A stretch of 64,000 nucleotides of DNA, taken from contig JBBPEB010000011.1 in the NCBI GenBank assembly GCA_039096225.1, positions 961,234 to 1,025,233 on the forward strand. Direction: 5' to 3'. The DNA comes from Blastocystis sp. Blastoise. Taxonomy: Eukaryota; Protista; Bigyra: Opalinata. Position numbers and translations under genes: made by a program. The number at the start of each line of letters is the position of its first letter. Positions within the stretch are counted from its first letter, which is position 1. This document shows positions 55,501 to 64,000 of this stretch, piece after piece. Under the pieces are notes generated by a model. It was not told the DNA's origin and did no database searches. It saw only the letters and a list, made by a program, of their open reading frames with translations.

Positions 55501-58500
55501 TTGATGTTAATTCTACAATTCGTTCTAATTTTGTTATTTGTGAAGAAGGTAATTATTGTATAGAAGGTATTAAATATTCTTGTCCATCTGGTTCTTATGG
55601 TAATGAAACTGGTCTTTATAATAATAATTGTAGTGGTAAATGTTTAGAAGGTTATTATTGTTTAGAAGGATCTATATCATCAATTGAAAATGAATGTGGT
55701 AATGCAAATGTATATTGTCCTTTAGGTTCTTCTTCTCCTATTAATGTTCCTTTAGGTTCTTATTCTATTCCTCTTGATGTTAATTCTACAATTCGTTCTA
55801 ATTTTGTTATTTGTGAAGAAGGTAATTATTGTATAGAAGGTATTAAATATTCTTGTCCATCTGGTTCTTATGGTAATGAAACTGGTCTTTATAATAATAA
55901 TTGTAGTGGTAAATGTTTAGAAGGTTATTATTGTTTAGAAGGATCTATATCATCAATTGAAAATGAATGTGGTAATGCAAATGTATATTGTCCTTTAGGT
56001 TCTTCTTCTCCTATTAATGTTCCTTTAGGTTCTTATTCTATTCCTCTTGATGTTAATTCTACAATTCGTTCTAATTTTGTTATTTGTGAAGAAGGTAATT
56101 ATTGTATAGAAGGTATTAAATATTCTTGTCCATCTGGTTCTTATGGTAATGAAACTGGTCTTTATAATAATAATTGTAGTGGTAAATGTTTAGAAGGTTA
56201 TTATTGTTTAGAAGGATCTATATCATCAATTGAAAATGAATGTGGTAATGCAAATGTATATTGTCCTTTAGGTTCTTCTTCTCCTATTAATGTTCCTTTA
56301 GGTTCTTATTCTATTCCTCTTGATGTTAATTCTACAATTCGTTCTAATTTTGTTATTTGTGAAGAAGGTAATTATTGTATAGAAGGTATTAAATATTCTT
56401 GTCCATCTGGTTCTTATGGTAATGAAACTGGTCTTTATAATAATAATTGTAGTGGTAAATGTTTAGAAGGTTATTATTGTTTAGAAGGATCTATATCATC
56501 AATTGAAAATGAATGTGGTAATGCAAATGTATATTGTCCTTTAGGTTCTTCTTCTCCTATTAATGTTCCTTTAGGTTCTTATTCTATTCCTCTTGATGTT
56601 AATTCTACAATTCGTTCTAATTTTGTTATTTGTGAAGAAGGTAATTATTGTATAGAAGGTATTAAATATTCTTGTCCATCTGGTTCTTATGGTAATGAAA
56701 CTGGTCTTTATAATAATAATTGTAGTGGTAAATGTTTAGAAGGTTATTATTGTTTAGAAGGATCTATATCATCAATTGAAAATGAATGTGGTAATGCAAA
56801 TGTATATTGTCCTTTAGGTTCTTCTTCTCCTATTAATGTTCCTTTAGGTTCTTATTCTATTCCTCTTGATGTTAATTCTACAATTCGTTCTAATTTTGTT
56901 ATTTGTGAAGAAGGTAATTATTGTATAGAAGGTATTAAATATTCTTGTCCATCTGGTTCTTATGGTAATGAAACTGGTCTTTATAATAATAATTGTAGTG
57001 GTAAATGTTTAGAAGGTTATTATTGTTTAGAAGGATCTATATCATCAATTGAAAATGAATGTGGTAATGCAAATGTATATTGTCCTTTAGGTTCTTCTTC
57101 TCCTATTAATGTTCCTTTAGGTTCTTATTCTATTCCTCTTGATGTTAATTCTACAATTCGTTCTAATTTTGTTATTTGTGAAGAAGGTAATTATTGTATA
57201 GAAGGTATTAAATATTCTTGTCCATCTGGTTCTTATGGTAATGAAACTGGTCTTTATAATAATAATTGTAGTGGTAAATGTTTAGAAGGTTATTATTGTT
57301 TAGAAGGATCTATATCATCAATTGAAAATGAATGTGGTAATGCAAATGTATATTGTCCTTTAGGTTCTTCTTCTCCTATTAATGTTCCTTTAGGTTCTTA
57401 TTCTATTCCTCTTGATGTTAATTCTACAATTCGTTCTAATTTTGTTATTTGTGAAGAAGGTAATTATTGTATAGAAGGTATTAAATATTCTTGTCCATCT
57501 GGTTCTTATGGTAATGAAACTGGTCTTTATAATAATAATTGTAGTGGTAAATGTTTAGAAGGTTATTATTGTTTAGAAGGATCTATATCATCAATTGAAA
57601 ATGAATGTGGTAATGCAAATGTATATTGTCCTTTAGGTTCTTCTTCTCCTATTAATGTTCCTTTAGGTTCTTATTCTATTCCTCTTGATGTTAATTCTAC
57701 AATTCGTTCTAATTTTGTTATTTGTGAAGAAGGTAATTATTGTATAGAAGGTATTAAATATTCTTGTCCATCTGGTTCTTATGGTAATGAAACTGGTCTT
57801 TATAATAATAATTGTAGTGGTAAATGTTTAGAAGGTTATTATTGTTTAGAAGGATCTATATCATCAATTGAAAATGAATGTGGTAATGCAAATGTATATT
57901 GTCCTTTAGGTTCTTCTTCTCCTATTAATGTTCCTTTAGGTTCTTATTCTATTCCTCTTGATGTTAATTCTACAATTCGTTCTAATTTTGTTATTTGTGA
58001 AGAAGGTAATTATTGTATAGAAGGTATTAAATATTCTTGTCCATCTGGTTCTTATGGTAATGAAACTGGTCTTTATAATAATAATTGTAGTGGTAAATGT
58101 TTAGAAGGTTATTATTGTTTAGAAGGATCTATATCATCAATTGAAAATGAATGTGGTAATGCAAATGTATATTGTCCTTTAGGTTCTTCTTCTCCTATTA
58201 ATGTTCCTTTAGGTTCTTATTCTATTCCTCTTGATGTTAATTCTACAATTCGTTCTAATTTTGTTATTTGTGAAGAAGGTAATTATTGTATAGAAGGTAT
58301 TAAATATTCTTGTCCATCTGGTTCTTATGGTAATGAAACTGGTCTTTATAATAATAATTGTAGTGGTAAATGTTTAGAAGGTTATTATTGTTTAGAAGGA
58401 TCTATATCATCAATTGAAAATGAATGTGGTAATGCAAATGTATATTGTCCTTTAGGTTCTTCTTCTCCTATTAATGTTCCTTTAGGTTCTTATTCTATTC

Positions 58501-61500
58501 CTCTTGATGTTAATTCTACAATTCGTTCTAATTTTGTTATTTGTGAAGAAGGTAATTATTGTATAGAAGGTATTAAATATTCTTGTCCATCTGGTTCTTA
58601 TGGTAATGAAACTGGTCTTTATAATAATAATTGTAGTGGTAAATGTTTAGAAGGTTATTATTGTTTAGAAGGATCTATATCATCAATTGAAAATGAATGT
58701 GGTAATGCAAATGTATATTGTCCTTTAGGTTCTTCTTCTCCTATTAATGTTCCTTTAGGTTCTTATTCTATTCCTCTTGATGTTAATTCTACAATTCGTT
58801 CTAATTTTGTTATTTGTGAAGAAGGTAATTATTGTATAGAAGGTATTAAATATTCTTGTCCATCTGGTTCTTATGGTAATGAAACTGGTCTTTATAATAA
58901 TAATTGTAGTGGTAAATGTTTAGAAGGTTATTATTGTTTAGAAGGATCTATATCATCAATTGAAAATGAATGTGGTAATGCAAATGTATATTGTCCTTTA
59001 GGTTCTTCTTCTCCTATTAATGTTCCTTTAGGTTCTTATTCTATTCCTCTTGATGTTAATTCTACAATTCGTTCTAATTTTGTTATTTGTGAAGAAGGTA
59101 ATTATTGTATAGAAGGTATTAAATATTCTTGTCCATCTGGTTCTTATGGTAATGAAACTGGTCTTTATAATAATAATTGTAGTGGTAAATGTTTAGAAGG
59201 TTATTATTGTTTAGAAGGATCTATATCATCAATTGAAAATGAATGTGGTAATGCAAATGTATATTGTCCTTTAGGTTCTTCTTCTCCTATTAATGTTCCT
59301 TTAGGTTCTTATTCTATTCCTCTTGATGTTAATTCTACAATTCGTTCTAATTTTGTTATTTGTGAAGAAGGTAATTATTGTATAGAAGGTATTAAATATT
59401 CTTGTCCATCTGGTTCTTATGGTAATGAAACTGGTCTTTATAATAATAATTGTAGTGGTAAATGTTTAGAAGGTTATTATTGTTTAGAAGGATCTATATC
59501 ATCAATTGAAAATGAATGTGGTAATGCAAATGTATATTGTCCTTTAGGTTCTTCTTCTCCTATTAATGTTCCTTTAGGTTCTTATTCTATTCCTCTTGAT
59601 GTTAATTCTACAATTCGTTCTAATTTTGTTATTTGTGAAGAAGGTAATTATTGTATAGAAGGTATTAAATATTCTTGTCCATCTGGTTCTTATGGTAATG
59701 AAACTGGTCTTTATAATAATAATTGTAGTGGTAAATGTTTAGAAGGTTATTATTGTTTAGAAGGATCTATATCATCAATTGAAAATGAATGTGGTAATGC
59801 AAATGTATATTGTCCTTTAGGTTCTTCTTCTCCTATTAATGTTCCTTTAGGTTCTTATTCTATTCCTCTTGATGTTAATTCTACAATTCGTTCTAATTTT
59901 GTTATTTGTGAAGAAGGTAATTATTGTATAGAAGGTATTAAATATTCTTGTCCATCTGGTTCTTATGGTAATGAAACTGGTCTTTATAATAATAATTGTA
60001 GTGGTAAATGTTTAGAAGGTTATTATTGTTTAGAAGGATCTATATCATCAATTGAAAATGAATGTGGTAATGCAAATGTATATTGTCCTTTAGGTTCTTC
60101 TTCTCCTATTAATGTTCCTTTAGGTTCTTATTCTATTCCTCTTGATGTTAATTCTACAATTCGTTCTAATTTTGTTATTTGTGAAGAAGGTAATTATTGT
60201 ATAGAAGGTATTAAATATTCTTGTCCATCTGGTTCTTATGGTAATGAAACTGGTCTTTATAATAATAATTGTAGTGGTAAATGTTTAGAAGGTTATTATT
60301 GTTTAGAAGGATCTATATCATCAATTGAAAATGAATGTGGTAATGCAAATGTATATTGTCCTTTAGGTTCTTCTTCTCCTATTAATGTTCCTTTAGGTTC
60401 TTATTCTATTCCTCTTGATGTTAATTCTACAATTCGTTCTAATTTTGTTATTTGTGAAGAAGGTAATTATTGTATAGAAGGTATTAAATATTCTTGTCCA
60501 TCTGGTTCTTATGGTAATGAAACTGGTCTTTATAATAATAATTGTAGTGGTAAATGTTTAGAAGGTTATTATTGTTTAGAAGGATCTATATCATCAATTG
60601 AAAATGAATGTGGTAATGCAAATGTATATTGTCCTTTAGGTTCTTCTTCTCCTATTAATGTTCCTTTAGGTTCTTATTCTATTCCTCTTGATGTTAATTC
60701 TACAATTCGTTCTAATTTTGTTATTTGTGAAGAAGGTAATTATTGTATAGAAGGTATTAAATATTCTTGTCCATCTGGTTCTTATGGTAATGAAACTGGT
60801 CTTTATAATAATAATTGTAGTGGTAAATGTTTAGAAGGTTATTATTGTTTAGAAGGATCTATATCATCAATTGAAAATGAATGTGGTAATGCAAATGTAT
60901 ATTGTCCTTTAGGTTCTTCTTCTCCTATTAATGTTCCTTTAGGTTCTTATTCTATTCCTCTTGATGTTAATTCTACAATTCGTTCTAATTTTGTTATTTG
61001 TGAAGAAGGTAATTATTGTATAGAAGGTATTAAATATTCTTGTCCATCTGGTTCTTATGGTAATGAAACTGGTCTTTATAATAATAATTGTAGTGGTAAA
61101 TGTTTAGAAGGTTATTATTGTTTAGAAGGATCTATATCATCAATTGAAAATGAATGTGGTAATGCAAATGTATATTGTCCTTTAGGTTCTTCTTCTCCTA
61201 TTAATGTTCCTTTAGGTTCTTATTCTATTCCTCTTGATGTTAATTCTACAATTCGTTCTAATTTTGTTATTTGTGAAGAAGGTAATTATTGTATAGAAGG
61301 TATTAAATATTCTTGTCCATCTGGTTCTTATGGTAATGAAACTGGTCTTTATAATAATAATTGTAGTGGTAAATGTTTAGAAGGTTATTATTGTTTAGAA
61401 GGATCTATATCATCAATTGAAAATGAATGTGGTAATGCAAATGTATATTGTCCTTTAGGTTCTTCTTCTCCTATTAATGTTCCTTTAGGTTCTTATTCTA

Positions 61501-64000
61501 TTCCTCTTGATGTTAATTCTACAATTCGTTCTAATTTTGTTATTTGTGAAGAAGGTAATTATTGTATAGAAGGTATTAAATATTCTTGTCCATCTGGTTC
61601 TTATGGTAATGAAACTGGTCTTTATAATAATAATTGTAGTGGTAAATGTTTAGAAGGTTATTATTGTTTAGAAGGATCTATATCATCAATTGAAAATGAA
61701 TGTGGTAATGCAAATGTATATTGTCCTTTAGGTTCTTCTTCTCCTATTAATGTTCCTTTAGGTTCTTATTCTATTCCTCTTGATGTTAATTCTACAATTC
61801 GTTCTAATTTTGTTATTTGTGAAGAAGGTAATTATTGTATAGAAGGTATTAAATATTCTTGTCCATCTGGTTCTTATGGTAATGAAACTGGTCTTTATAA
61901 TAATAATTGTAGTGGTAAATGTTTAGAAGGTTATTATTGTTTAGAAGGATCTATATCATCAATTGAAAATGAATGTGGTAATGCAAATGTATATTGTCCT
62001 TTAGGTTCTTCTTCTCCTATTAATGTTCCTTTAGGTTCTTATTCTATTCCTCTTGATGTTAATTCTACAATTCGTTCTAATTTTGTTATTTGTGAAGAAG
62101 GTAATTATTGTATAGAAGGTATTAAATATTCTTGTCCATCTGGTTCTTATGGTAATGAAACTGGTCTTTATAATAATAATTGTAGTGGTAAATGTTTAGA
62201 AGGTTATTATTGTTTAGAAGGATCTATATCATCAATTGAAAATGAATGTGGTAATGCAAATGTATATTGTCCTTTAGGTTCTTCTTCTCCTATTAATGTT
62301 CCTTTAGGTTCTTATTCTATTCCTCTTGATGTTAATTCTACAATTCGTTCTAATTTTGTTATTTGTGAAGAAGGTAATTATTGTATAGAAGGTATTAAAT
62401 ATTCTTGTCCATCTGGTTCTTATGGTAATGAAACTGGTCTTTATAATAATAATTGTAGTGGTAAATGTTTAGAAGGTTATTATTGTTTAGAAGGATCTAT
62501 ATCATCAATTGAAAATGAATGTGGTAATGCAAATGTATATTGTCCTTTAGGTTCTTCTTCTCCTATTAATGTTCCTTTAGGTTCTTATTCTATTCCTCTT
62601 GATGTTAATTCTACAATTCGTTCTAATTTTGTTATTTGTGAAGAAGGTAATTATTGTATAGAAGGTATTAAATATTCTTGTCCATCTGGTTCTTATGGTA
62701 ATGAAACTGGTCTTTATAATAATAATTGTAGTGGTAAATGTTTAGAAGGTTATTATTGTTTAGAAGGATCTATATCATCAATTGAAAATGAATGTGGTAA
62801 TGCAAATGTATATTGTCCTTTAGGTTCTTCTTCTCCTATTAATGTTCCTTTAGGTTCTTATTCTATTCCTCTTGATGTTAATTCTACAATTCGTTCTAAT
62901 TTTGTTATTTGTGAAGAAGGTAATTATTGTATAGAAGGTATTAAATATTCTTGTCCATCTGGTTCTTATGGTAATGAAACTGGTCTTTATAATAATAATT
63001 GTAGTGGTAAATGTTTAGAAGGTTATTATTGTTTAGAAGGATCTATATCATCAATTGAAAATGAATGTGGTAATGCAAATGTATATTGTCCTTTAGGTTC
63101 TTCTTCTCCTATTAATGTTCCTTTAGGTTCTTATTCTATTCCTCTTGATGTTAATTCTACAATTCGTTCTAATTTTGTTATTTGTGAAGAAGGTAATTAT
63201 TGTATAGAAGGTATTAAATATTCTTGTCCATCTGGTTCTTATGGTAATGAAACTGGTCTTTATAATAATAATTGTAGTGGTAAATGTTTAGAAGGTTATT
63301 ATTGTTTAGAAGGATCTATATCATCAATTGAAAATGAATGTGGTAATGCAAATGTATATTGTCCTTTAGGTTCTTCTTCTCCTATTAATGTTCCTTTAGG
63401 TTCTTATTCTATTCCTCTTGATGTTAATTCTACAATTCGTTCTAATTTTGTTATTTGTGAAGAAGGTAATTATTGTATAGAAGGTATTAAATATTCTTGT
63501 CCATCTGGTTCTTATGGTAATGAAACTGGTCTTTATAATAATAATTGTAGTGGTAAATGTTTAGAAGGTTATTATTGTTTAGAAGGATCTATATCATCAA
63601 TTGAAAATGAATGTGGTAATGCAAATGTATATTGTCCTTTAGGTTCTTCTTCTCCTATTAATGTTCCTTTAGGTTCTTATTCTATTCCTCTTGATGTTAA
63701 TTCTACAATTCGTTCTAATTTTGTTATTTGTGAAGAAGGTAATTATTGTATAGAAGGTATTAAATATTCTTGTCCATCTGGTTCTTATGGTAATGAAACT
63801 GGTCTTTATAATAATAATTGTAGTGGTAAATGTTTAGAAGGTTATTATTGTTTAGAAGGATCTATATCATCAATTGAAAATGAATGTGGTAATGCAAATG
63901 TATATTGTCCTTTAGGTTCTTCTTCTCCTATTAATGTTCCTTTAGGTTCTTATTCTATTCCTCTTGATGTTAATTCTACAATTCGTTCTAATTTTGTTAT
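4571..64000 (+). CDS. Giant secreted/surface Cys-rich tandem-repeat protein, 3'-incomplete; at least ~19,700 aa if two +1 frameshifts are errors
   Basis: ATG 4571 gives MYVKFLIYLFLIISALGQ (signal-peptide-like). Exons 4571-4625, 4662-4699, 4738-4813, 4854-4955, 4993-5079, 5123-5205 and 5245-onward are separated by GT-AG introns of 36, 38, 40, 37, 43 and 39 nt. The spliced frame reads ...CPIGYYCTNGCKYPCPPTNYG...CSGKCKEGY...YYCPSGTVNPLK-VSLGYY...RKCEK-GNYCIEGIKYSCP directly into the repeat frame. Track ORF 5723..48100 is the segment between the two frameshifts. Confidence 0.85.
5726..5733 (+). other. +1 A insertion (A5 vs consensus A4) in the second repeat unit, creating in-frame TGA at 5731-5733
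   Basis: ATTGAAAAATGA here versus ATTGAAAATGA in the other units. The upstream frame reads ATT GAA AAA TGA. Confidence 0.95.
48092..48100 (+). other. +1 C insertion (CCC vs consensus CC), creating in-frame TAA at 48098-48100
   Basis: TCTCCCTATTAA here versus TCTCCTATTAA elsewhere. It ends the 14,125-aa ORF. The same repeat continues stop-free in the shifted frame for ~58 more units to 64000. Confidence 0.95.

Larger units (their letters stand above)
5312..64000 (+). repeat. Coding tandem array of 273-bp units, ~215 copies in the window, continuing past the window end
   Basis: GGTAATTATTGT recurs at 5314 and 5587 (period 273), and printed lines repeat every 5460 bp (20 units). Unit peptide: GNYCIEGIKYSCPSGSYGNETGLYNNNCSGKCLEGYYCLEGSISSIENECGNANVYCPLGSSSPINVPLGSYSIPLDVNSTIRSNFVICEE. 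No substitutions noticed by eye, only two 1-nt insertions. Confidence 0.99.

Noticed and set aside
5312-64000. CRISPR array or non-coding satellite/centromeric repeat
   Set aside because: There are no variable spacers. The unit is 91 sense codons in frame with spliced exons and has a protein-level homologue next door. A secondary chromosomal role cannot be excluded.

Overview
AT-rich eukaryotic (protist-like) DNA with the standard genetic code and very short GT-AG introns (mostly 33-43 nt). The first 5.3 kb is gene-dense. It holds a one-intron BAP31/Yet-family ER membrane gene (minus, 1065-482), an 8-intron secreted Cys-rich gene (minus, 4280-1864, ~689 aa), and, head-to-head 290 bp away, the start of a paralogous secreted gene (plus, ATG 4571). 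After six mini-introns and ~170 unique codons, the last exon of the plus-strand gene runs in frame into ~215 tandem, apparently identical 273-bp units (5312 to beyond 64000). Each unit encodes a 91-aa, 8-Cys, acidic module with 3 N-glycosylation sequons. I saw only two interruptions, both +1 homopolymer insertions (5726-5730 and 48092-48094). If these are sequencing errors, the gene encodes a secreted disulfide-rich protein of at least ~19,700 aa (about 2 MDa), mostly from one exon over 58 kb long. The ORF track fragments all three genes, so exon structures were reconstructed by hand. The organism cannot be identified from the window alone, and copy number and repeat perfection need read-level confirmation.
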